Assembly: GCA_001798185.1 (NCBI GenBank)
Contig: MGRM01000006.1
Coordinates: forward strand, 28,976 to 92,975
Direction: 5' to 3'
DNA: 64,000 bases
Source: Deltaproteobacteria bacterium RIFCSPHIGHO2_02_FULL_44_16
GTDB lineage: Bacteria; UBA10199; 2-02-FULL-44-16
The notes beneath the pieces were generated by a model. It saw nothing but the letters and a program-made list of their open reading frames with translations, made no database searches and had not been told where the DNA came from. Of the stretch, positions 20,201 through 27,166 are shown piece by piece; position 1 is the stretch's first letter; each line of letters starts with the position of its first letter. The translations under genes and the position numbers were made by a program.

Positions 20201-20366
20201 AAGTCTTGATCCATCCTTTATTAGCTGTCCCACATGCACGAACTGCATCCCGGAATTTCCTCGGCACCGGTGCACCTTCCAGAAGACCGTCGGTATACGA
20301 GCACTCGAACCGATCTGGTCCTTTTATAAGGAATTGTGGGCAGTCAGCTGTACTCCGCTTCCTTAA
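17280..20366 (+). CDS. subtilisin-like serine peptidase (S8 family) lipoprotein with a C-terminal Cys-rich extension of about 600 aa
   Basis: Lipobox FSISCGSG. Catalytic triad contexts VIDIGF (Asp), HGTLVSGIIGA (His) and GTSSAAPHVSGAAA (Ser). Confidence 0.85.
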   Translation: MISHLFQKLSLYFFLLFSISCGSGLMFDEEQNPEVVEDISSAADEPVSMTAKDMIPSTEADFSLNTVIGIETSNRFLAVALKLEATDQDFREIQTSVPECRVGGMVPLAKIFQLDCQSIVGNFEQLKTIRDRLASHPKILAAAFDSRVHGNSLPPHPPTVYRNWKDPSGPTWGLRAIGAPQAWSLNNQLKKLNRPLTEVMVIDIGFYPHPDLLHLTSIGTSVTETCPHPAGASGLDRCEHGTLVSGIIGANWENKKDVVGVSPFVNVQAADISLFDDPNASIGDFSAPSFLDVASAISVIHILPSRPRIVNMSISDFPDWNTSCFTVPGSSRKARCDPRFINRVQDGDACDPHLVEQEIQSKANIFAQVIDQLNFNSPKTFFVVSAGNESGIDFAPTEIYCSAQCVSGGSCLKKGLGNFPADLNSSFTNALIHLPAGQHGIVVEALQPLRNRSAYSNVDSGGVFAPADEIASLGKSGNTFTTVIRPYGGTSSAAPHVSGAAAFLLAIEPELKNQDIKILLKQNIGGFSCATALSQAGTSTATMVNLFKASHCIDLLLRFQNPTGRLSVGEMYADVSDGSADGNEIIPLDDNSSPISNRYHVPTWGDDVISIRDFRVLRDHLLLHEDVSYQSSAQVVAALAAQSDRLDLNEDLEIIDLTFNPDGENYSRADFNGDGKISSSATTSFAGNQLTDLDVFLLSYRKNRGYQNDLPSWPPDALAGLLKSADIWIRPDRGVGDLEIEIQGDRGVIEPADVSPLRGIRIPSGTTEAVLTTPRLLNPKLLVTQDCDDVPRQTTYEIALNDLAPGEDRVVPIPTKNCSRWTRRRDAPSGNPRSVAVDYNGGAQTINMEEHQFFPPSGSFPAFDVLWDTDIDCAANTYTKVEYVNGRPNNRHFFSNYSPGCPVPDLPGLQRANTFNVHISCDGGFQNNLTFTQDDGQSYSYTLPNGVSETYQCIGCQQPDLSQACHCDPSLAVGSLDPSFISCPTCTNCIPEFPRHRCTFQKTVGIRALEPIWSFYKELWAVSCTPLP

Positions 20367-20413
20367 AGAATCATTGTTCTTTCCCATGTGCTGTCCGAAG
20401 GAAACGATTTCCT

Positions 20414-20495
20414 ACAGACATTTTGTCTGCGATTACTCTTAATTTTACAGACATGTCGTCTGTATTTTTATGTTATTTACAGACACTTTGTCCGT
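20414..20495 (+). promoter_or_regulatory. array of three palindromic operator-like sites (ACAGACA-N2-4-GTCTG) at 32-33 bp spacing
   Basis: acagacattttgtctg at 20414, acagacatgtcgtctgt at 20447, acagacactttgtccgt at 20479; upstream of the TIGR02147-like gene. Confidence 0.5.
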
Positions 20496-20537
20496 AAAAT
20501 ACTTGCGCTTGTTTTCAAAGAGCGTAGAGAAATAGTC

Positions 20538-21386
20538 ATGATTCCAGGAACACTTTTTCAATATACCGATCCTCGAGAAATTCTCGTTCAGATTTTTCAG
20601 GATAAAAAAGAGCGAAACCCAGCTTACTCGATTCGCGCATGGGCTCGTCAGCTCGGATTCAAAACGCCTTCCTATCTTTCTGATGTTCTACGAGGTAAAA
20701 CTCCACTCAAACCGGAACTTGCCCTCAAAATTGCACGAATACTTGATGTCCCTGAAGACGAACGCCGCTATTTTGAAACACTTGTCTTTCATGCAAGTGC
20801 TTCAAGTGATGGTGAACGTGAATTCTACGAAGCGACACTGAAAAAATATCGACCAGATGAACAAATTAAAGAATTCAGCAATGACTTTTTCGATCGCGCA
20901 AAAAGTTGGGTTTATTGGCTTACCGATGAAATGATCTTTCTTAAAGATTTTCGAGAAAACTACGCATATCTTGCAAAGCGCATCGGCGATGATGTGACAC
21001 CCCAGATGGTGGAAATTGCCATGAAGGAAGAAGAAGAAATTGGACTTCTTCAACGCAACAACAAAGGGGAAATCATTCGTAAGGAACGTTATTGGGTTCC
21101 CCTTCGAGATACCGTACGCAAACAAAATATCTATCACGAAAAAGTAAGACGAAAATTTGCTGAGCGCGCAGTAGATGCTTGTACATCGCAGCCTCCTGAA
21201 GAAACTTTTTTTCTTTCGAGTGCGCGACCGATTCGAAAAAAAGATATCCCAAAAATAAAAGAATTTTTGATGCAGATGATTCGTGATTTGACACAAGAAT
21301 TTCAGCCAAAACAGGGAGATGCAGATGAAGTCTTTGCCGTAGATGTTTCATTCTTTCGTTTAACGCTTGGCGAACCAGAAAAATAA
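20538..21386 (+). CDS. TIGR02147-family protein (HTH-containing, function unknown)
   Basis: N-terminus ...FQDKKERNPAYSIRAWARQLGFKTPSYLSDVLRGK...ERRYFETLV matches the characteristic TIGR02147 N-terminal pattern. Confidence 0.55.
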   Translation: MIPGTLFQYTDPREILVQIFQDKKERNPAYSIRAWARQLGFKTPSYLSDVLRGKTPLKPELALKIARILDVPEDERRYFETLVFHASASSDGEREFYEATLKKYRPDEQIKEFSNDFFDRAKSWVYWLTDEMIFLKDFRENYAYLAKRIGDDVTPQMVEIAMKEEEEIGLLQRNNKGEIIRKERYWVPLRDTVRKQNIYHEKVRRKFAERAVDACTSQPPEETFFLSSARPIRKKDIPKIKEFLMQMIRDLTQEFQPKQGDADEVFAVDVSFFRLTLGEPEK

Positions 21387-21396
21387 AAAGGGAGGA

Positions 21397-22686
21397 ATGA
21401 TGAAACGACATATAACTCTTCCAAACGCAATCGCACTGGCGGTGAGCCTCGTCGTGGGGACCGGTATTGTGAGTCTCATGGGACTCGCGCTTGAAGTAGG
21501 TGGACCACACGGTTCCATCTTTGGATGGCTCGTTGCTGCCCTTGTGATTACCCCTTTTCTTGTCATCTTCAGCCATTTAAGCGGGCGTTCCCAAAATAAA
21601 AATGGGCTCTCCGATTGTGCTGCTGAAGCACTCGGTGAAAAAGTTGGTCGAGGTTTTCACCTTCTTCTTCTCGTTCTCATCTTCATTCTTCTTCCTGTTA
21701 TTGCGTTGATCGGTGCAACATATCTTCAGGAAGCTCTTGGGCTCACTGAAACGTGGCGTTCATTTCTTGCGATCGCGCTTCTCTTTGCTGCCACACTGAT
21801 CAATCTTTTAGGAGCGTGCAAAGCGAGTCTTCTCAATAAACTTTCGGTTACCATTCTCCTTCTCATGCTCCTTTCATTGATCCTCTATTACCACAACTAT
21901 GCCGTTCTTGGGATTCAGGCGCTCATTTATCCAGAAGAAAACAGTGTGCCCATTGATTTGAGTCATGTCTGGAAAGTAGCAGCCCTTGTGATCTTTGCCT
22001 TTTTGGGTTGGGAAAATGTCATGCTTGCCGCACCGGAAATGAAGAATCCACAGAGAACGATACCACTCACCTTTGCAGGGAGTTTTGTCATCGTCGCTCT
22101 CCTCTATCTTCTTCTTGCACTTATCATGCTCGGAGCATCGATTGCAGGTCTGAAGACAACAGGACTGGCTGGTATGGCGATCCTTTTCAAAGGAATGCCA
22201 GGAGGGTTCATTCTTTCAGCAAGCATTGGGTTCATCAGTCTCGCGAATGCTTCATCATGGATGTATGGCTTAAGCCGCACAATACAAACGTCGAGCCAAA
22301 AAGGAGAACTTCCTGTTGCGCTAAGCGAAGTTTCACGAACAGGGGTTCCGTGCTTTGCGCTTCTCACGATTTACTTCATCTGTTCTTTGATGCTCTTCGC
22401 TTGTTATTCCGCAAAATGTTCAATCTCAAATCTTTTTCTCATCGTTGTTCAGTTTGAACTCGTCATTTATGGAATCAGTATTTTGACCTTTGTAAAACTT
22501 TTCAAAGGATGGAAGGTTTGGGTGACATCAGCGTTTGCAAGCATTGCGATGATCTTCCTCGTCTCAGGATTCAGTCTTGCCATGATTGCACCGATAAGTG
22601 TTGTTCTGCTTGGTGCATTTCAGCCCTGGAGAAAAGGAGAAAGAGCAACAAAACTCACTCGTCATGTCAAAGAATGTTCTTCATGA
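21397..22686 (+). CDS. amino acid permease (APC superfamily)
   Basis: About 12 predicted TM helices and an APC-type N-terminal region (AIALAVSLVVGTGIV). Confidence 0.75.
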   Translation: MMKRHITLPNAIALAVSLVVGTGIVSLMGLALEVGGPHGSIFGWLVAALVITPFLVIFSHLSGRSQNKNGLSDCAAEALGEKVGRGFHLLLLVLIFILLPVIALIGATYLQEALGLTETWRSFLAIALLFAATLINLLGACKASLLNKLSVTILLLMLLSLILYYHNYAVLGIQALIYPEENSVPIDLSHVWKVAALVIFAFLGWENVMLAAPEMKNPQRTIPLTFAGSFVIVALLYLLLALIMLGASIAGLKTTGLAGMAILFKGMPGGFILSASIGFISLANASSWMYGLSRTIQTSSQKGELPVALSEVSRTGVPCFALLTIYFICSLMLFACYSAKCSISNLFLIVVQFELVIYGISILTFVKLFKGWKVWVTSAFASIAMIFLVSGFSLAMIAPISVVLLGAFQPWRKGERATKLTRHVKECSS

Positions 22687-22692
22687 TGTTCT

Positions 22693-23013
22693 TCATGATT
22701 CCGAAGGTTGGCGCTGATACAATATCTGTCCAACTTCTTCTATATGTTTGCGAAACTCGGGACGTTCGATGGTGACAGCATCGACAACATCAAAGTGATA
22801 AGGAAGAGGCAACTCCTGATTCAAAATCGTGCTGACGCGGGTCGTGCATACAAGCGAACCATCTCCATAAAGAGCAAGATCAACATCCGATCCGGGCTTA
22901 AAATTGCCAATCGCCCGGGAACCAAAAATACGTACCTCACGGACTTCAGGAAACTCTGCAAACGTCTTTCGCAACATTTCCAGATGCGACGGTTTAAGCC
23001 CCCATGGCGTCAT
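22693..23013 (-). CDS. minimal nucleotidyltransferase (MNT), toxin-antitoxin type
   Basis: IFGSRAIGNFKPGSDVDLAL is the GS...DxD Pol-beta NTase motif. 106 aa. Confidence 0.75.
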   Translation of the reverse strand: MTPWGLKPSHLEMLRKTFAEFPEVREVRIFGSRAIGNFKPGSDVDLALYGDGSLVCTTRVSTILNQELPLPYHFDVVDAVTIERPEFRKHIEEVGQILYQRQPSES

Positions 23014-23423
23014 GACGTCATCTTCTGCCGAAAGTAGCCCACCAGTTGCGATAACGCTGGCGCATAGCCCTTTCGAATAATGGTTAACGCCCGCTCTGCA
23101 GCAGCTTCATCATAGGTATGAGCCATCTGATTTCGCTTTTCGAGCATATCCATCCAGATATCGCCATCAACAATGAGTTGATAGTGAAACGCCTCTTTCA
23201 TAACCTCGCGAGGAAACTGGACGGTAACATTTTGACTCTCCAGATAGTCCTTGAGAGTCTTCCATGCCAGTTCAAAGGTAAACTCAAAACTCTGAATGAT
23301 CCCCTGTTTCTCGACGTCATTGGGAGTGATGATTGCAAGCCCTTTTTCAAGCTGAGCAAATGCATGTTGCAAATTGGTAAAGCGTTGTTGCCAGCGTATT
23401 TTTTTATTCATCGTTTCTTTCAC
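23010..23423 (-). CDS. HEPN-domain protein (nucleotidyltransferase substrate-binding protein, HI0074 family)
   Basis: 137 aa. R-x4-6-H-like motif (EKRNQMAHTYDE). Overlaps the MNT gene by 4 nt. Confidence 0.7.
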   Translation of the reverse strand: MKETMNKKIRWQQRFTNLQHAFAQLEKGLAIITPNDVEKQGIIQSFEFTFELAWKTLKDYLESQNVTVQFPREVMKEAFHYQLIVDGDIWMDMLEKRNQMAHTYDEAAAERALTIIRKGYAPALSQLVGYFRQKMTS

Positions 23424-23467
23424 TTTTCATATTCTATCTCTTTATTCAACGATTCTTTATTGAGCCC

Positions 23468-24043
23468 TCAATTGCTGATCTTGCCATGATTGCTTCTGCC
23501 TTCAAGTATCTCCTCTAATGCATACAATGTTTTCTGAGGAATACGGTCGAGGGGGTAATAGTGCTGAATGACGTCGAGCGCTTGCTGATAAGAATCGATA
23601 TTCAGATATCGTAATAAAAAACGGACATCCTCGATATCGTAAAACTCTTCTCCAATACGCATCGCTAAACATTTCATGGCGAGAAGATATTCTGGCTTTG
23701 CTGTATAAACCCGAAGATGACTGAGCTCAAGATAAGGGGCATATTTTCCTTTATCAGATAAGTATCCTTTTACGGCATCGTTCAACCAGTTCCCATCAAG
23801 ATTCATCTGATGTGCGACACGGAGAGCAGCTTGACGCATTTTTGCTGCAGGTTCAAAAAAACCATCAATGTCTTTTGTGGACGAACGAACTTTAAACACG
23901 AGACACATCACAGCGCCACCTACAAGATAAAGCTCACCTTGTTGATCGTCGCGTTTGAGTTCTTCATTTAAACGCTCAAATAATTTTTCTATGTCGTGTG
24001 AAGAGAGCGCCATCTCTAGATCCTCCCAAAAATCAGATGTCAT
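23468..24043 (-). CDS. nucleotidyltransferase-fold protein (second, larger NTase)
   Basis: LVGGAVMCLVFKVRSSTKDIDGFF is a GG-x13-DID NTase signature. Confidence 0.5.
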   Translation of the reverse strand: MTSDFWEDLEMALSSHDIEKLFERLNEELKRDDQQGELYLVGGAVMCLVFKVRSSTKDIDGFFEPAAKMRQAALRVAHQMNLDGNWLNDAVKGYLSDKGKYAPYLELSHLRVYTAKPEYLLAMKCLAMRIGEEFYDIEDVRFLLRYLNIDSYQQALDVIQHYYPLDRIPQKTLYALEEILEGRSNHGKISN

Positions 24044-24114
24044 TCCCGCGAAGGCGGGAATCTACTTGTTTATCAGCTTTTCTGGATCCCCGCTTTCGCG
24101 AGGATGACATTCAT

Positions 24115-24615
24115 CTAGATCCTTTCTCCAATCGTGGCATCTATAAAAATATTTCGTCGTCGAAAAGGCACAGGACTATGTGCGAGAAGATAGAGCTGTA
24201 AATTTTTGAATGAACTTCCAAAATAAGGTTGTGGAAGTGGTGCAATTTCTTGAGTCCATGTTGGGACTTGAATTCCCTTCTGATGTGCGGCCACTTCGAC
24301 CATTGCCACAACATAGTTTTGTTCAAGTTCTGACAATGAAGATAATTTCGGTTTGAAAAAAACTGCTTGCTCGAACTCCATCGCAGAAAGATTCTTTAAA
24401 AAATCGTGCAGTTCAGCATATGCCATTTTCTGCTCTGACAACTTCGCAAGTTGCTCCACAAGATGTTCAAATTTTTCTTGAAGTGGAGGAAAGAGACGAA
24501 GAAAAATCCACTCCGACATTCCAAGGCCTGCCTTTTGCGCTGCTGTCTGAATTTTTTTCTTGATCGATAATGAAATACGGATTTGAAGATATTCCGATTT
24601 TGCGTTCTTTTTCAT
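24115..24615 (-). CDS. hypothetical protein with an N-terminal ribbon-helix-helix-like segment
   Basis: YLQIRISLSIKKKIQTAAQKAGLGMSEWIFLRL resembles RHH/MobC-type antitoxin N-termini. Confidence 0.35.
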   Translation of the reverse strand: MKKNAKSEYLQIRISLSIKKKIQTAAQKAGLGMSEWIFLRLFPPLQEKFEHLVEQLAKLSEQKMAYAELHDFLKNLSAMEFEQAVFFKPKLSSLSELEQNYVVAMVEVAAHQKGIQVPTWTQEIAPLPQPYFGSSFKNLQLYLLAHSPVPFRRRNIFIDATIGERI

Positions 24616-24696
24616 GAGGTTACACTAACACCAATATCCATTGGTGTCAATACACATGTAGTGACAATAACAATCTCTCAAACAACTCCAAGTTCA

Positions 24697-24722
24697 AATC
24701 CTGCCAAGCGCGCAAAAAGAGA
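24697..24722 (+). repeat. second degenerate copy of the tRNA-Arg 3' end (putative att remnant)
   Basis: GTTCAAATCCTGCCAAGCGCGCA versus the tRNA GTTCGAATCCTGCCGAGCGCGCA (21 of 23 positions). Confidence 0.5.
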
Positions 24723-24790
24723 AGGAGAAAGTTCTTCCAAGCTGGTTCCCAAGTTGCGCTGTATGGCGCGGCGGCATGTTACATGCATCA

Positions 24791-25414
24791 TTATTTTGGT
24801 GATGGTTCAACAGTTGTCGTTGTTGGGCTTCTCTCTACAGTATTTGTTGAGGGACCTCGTGCTGCTCTAAAACAACAGTGAGCTTCTGTTCCGTAAGCTA
24901 AAGGAGGTCGAGAGGTATATTCACCCTTCGTAATCACAACACTTTTTTGATGCTCTGAATAATCAAGACTACACGGACCTTGAACCGTCGGAGCAAAAGC
25001 AGCATTTCCCTTTTTTGCCCATACACAGCTATAGGCAACATCTGGTGCGGAGGCATTTCCTTGACAAACATTTTTCTTGTCATTGCCAACATACGCTTTG
25101 AAACCGGTGACACAAAGAGAATCGGACATCTTTTTTAACGCATCAGCATCTAACACTTTTCTGAGATCCCCCTCTTTGGTGGTCGAGGTTGTTGTATTTG
25201 ATGTTGTCGTGGTCACTGGTATCTCTTTTTTCGCGGGACGAACAGCCGGCGCTGTTGACCTGGTTTGAGTGGTCGTCTGCTCAATCGTTGTTGTTTTCTT
25301 ATTATTGTAAGTATCGGCCGCATGTGAAAGAGGACCACTGAACAAAACCCCTAAAGATAGGCCCACAACAACAAGTTGCACTTTATTCCACCTGAATATA
25401 TTTTTTTGTGTCAT
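24791..25414 (-). CDS. secreted Thr-rich hypothetical protein with a Cys-containing C-terminal domain
   Basis: Signal peptide (LVVVGLSLGVLFSGPLSHA), a poly-Thr linker, and six or more Cys residues in the C-terminal half. Confidence 0.4.
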   Translation of the reverse strand: MTQKNIFRWNKVQLVVVGLSLGVLFSGPLSHAADTYNNKKTTTIEQTTTQTRSTAPAVRPAKKEIPVTTTTSNTTTSTTKEGDLRKVLDADALKKMSDSLCVTGFKAYVGNDKKNVCQGNASAPDVAYSCVWAKKGNAAFAPTVQGPCSLDYSEHQKSVVITKGEYTSRPPLAYGTEAHCCFRAARGPSTNTVERSPTTTTVEPSPK

Positions 25415-25539
25415 TTTATTTCTCCCTTTTTGTTGACGTTTATCTCTCTTCGTCTCGAAGACCAGTGTAGAAGAATGACCTCTCATAACCAGCGGGGGAG
25501 ATGGGATTTATAAATGGGGAATTTCCCTAAGATTATTTC

Positions 25540-26189
25540 CTATTTTTCCGACAGGCACCATTTCACGGCATGTCGAATAAGATCATGAGAATTTTTTAAA
25601 TCGAGTTTATTTTTAATATTGGCATAATGAGATTCGATCGTTTTCACGCTTACATGAAGATGCTCTGCAATTTGGCGAGTAGAATAAGCCTGGCCGGTAA
25701 ATTGGAGTACCTCCAGTTCACGGTCGCTCAAGCTGACCGCATAAGAATCATTTGTTGCCGGCGCTTTACCCACAAACTTATACATGAGTTTCTCTTTCCA
25801 ATTGTCGCTCACATAAATACCGCCCTTAAGCACCTTACGAATAGCCAAAATGATCTGATCGCTTGCCTCTCGTTTTGTTAAATATCCTTTCGCTCCGGCT
25901 CGTAAGACGCGCTCTACGTAGACAGACTCGTCATACATCGAAACAATCAGCACTAACATGTGGGTTGTTTGGCTAAAAGAGTCTTGGTTAATTCAAGCCC
26001 GCTTGTTCCTTCTAAAGAAATATCCACGATCACGACATCAGGTTTTTTCTTCTCAATGCCGATGAGGGCTTCTGTTGCATCTCCCGCCTCTCCCACAAAG
26101 AACATATCCTCTTCATGATTGACAAGCTGGGCGATACCTTGCCTGAGCACGGGATGATCATCGACGATAAATATCCTCGCTTTGTTCAC
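25540..26189 (-). pseudogene. NarL/FixJ-family response regulator (REC + LuxR HTH) interrupted by a -1 frameshift at a C-run (~25955-25962)
   Basis: The receiver domain is split between ORF 25953-26228 (IFIVDDHP...DISLEGTSG) and ORF 25540-25959 (MLVLIVSMYDE... + LuxR HTH). Adding one C restores ...LLAKQPHMLVLIVSMYDE. GTG start overlaps the kinase stop (GTGA). Confidence 0.7.
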
Positions 26190-27064
26190 ACAACACTCCT
26201 TTGGTTTGCAGGTCTTTTTAAATGACATTCTAAAAGAGACCCTTGAGGCAAATTGGGTTTAATGTGAAAAGAGGCGTTCATCATATGAGCTCGATATTTC
26301 ATGATCTTCAAACCGATTCCCTTTGAATCTTTGAGATCATCCATCATTCCTATTCCATCATCTTTTATGGAGAGCGTTATGATTTCTTTATTTCGAGTAA
26401 GGCTCACTTCAATATTTTTGGCTTTTCCATGCTTGATGGCATTACTTATTCCCTCTTGTACGATTCGGTAAAGATGGGTGGCAATATTATTATCATCGAT
26501 AAGGATCGGTTCCGGGCAATGAAACACACACAAAGCGCCTGTCGTTCGAGAAACCAATTCTTCCAGAGAATACATGAGAGACTCTCCTTCCAGCTCTCCG
26601 GGATATAACCCTCGCGCTGTATCTCTCGCCTGATCAACTGCGTACAGAAGCATATTTGAAATTTTCTTTAATTCGGCAAGTTCGAGTGTGTTATTCTTTT
26701 CCATCTTTTCGGCGAGAGCTTTAGAAAAAACCAAAATCGCGGTCAGTTCTTGACAAAGCCCGTCGTGAAGTTGTGATCCAAATCGTCGTTGTTCGGCGAG
26801 GGTAACCTCTAATATTTCTGCTTCTACTCGTTTACGTTCGGCAACTTCCGCCTTGAGCAGTTTGTTACTTTGAATGAGATCAAGCGACAACTGACGTAAC
26901 TCCGCTTCAGTTTTCATTTTTTCTTTTGTTTCGCTTGTTGTGAGAGGCATAAAATACCTTCCTGTGTATACTGCTACTGGAGCCCAAGGGGAAGAACTAT
27001 CAGGGAATATCGCATTCTTGACCGTTGGATTTCCCTCGTTCCACTTTACGTTTGTACCTTTCAT
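26186..27064 (-). CDS. cytoplasmic sensor histidine kinase (HisKA_3 + HATPase_c; NarX/DegS-like)
   Basis: H-box RRFGSQLHDGLCQEL; ATPase blocks DDGIGM and GIGLKIM. No TM helix. Confidence 0.8.
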   Translation of the reverse strand: MKGTNVKWNEGNPTVKNAIFPDSSSPWAPVAVYTGRYFMPLTTSETKEKMKTEAELRQLSLDLIQSNKLLKAEVAERKRVEAEILEVTLAEQRRFGSQLHDGLCQELTAILVFSKALAEKMEKNNTLELAELKKISNMLLYAVDQARDTARGLYPGELEGESLMYSLEELVSRTTGALCVFHCPEPILIDDNNIATHLYRIVQEGISNAIKHGKAKNIEVSLTRNKEIITLSIKDDGIGMMDDLKDSKGIGLKIMKYRAHMMNASFHIKPNLPQGSLLECHLKRPANQRSVV

Positions 27065-27166
27065 CTTGTAAGCTGTTGAAAACTCTGTGAAAAGAAGAAA
27101 TCGAAGAAGAAAAAAACCGCGGGGGTTTATTCCCGCGGTTTCTCTTTTCTCCTACCGTTGACTCTC

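Noticed and set aside
20388-20537. N-terminal 50 aa of ORF 20388-21386
   Set aside because: This stretch contains the three palindromic sites and has atypical composition. It is more likely promoter/operator DNA than coding, so the start was moved to 20538.
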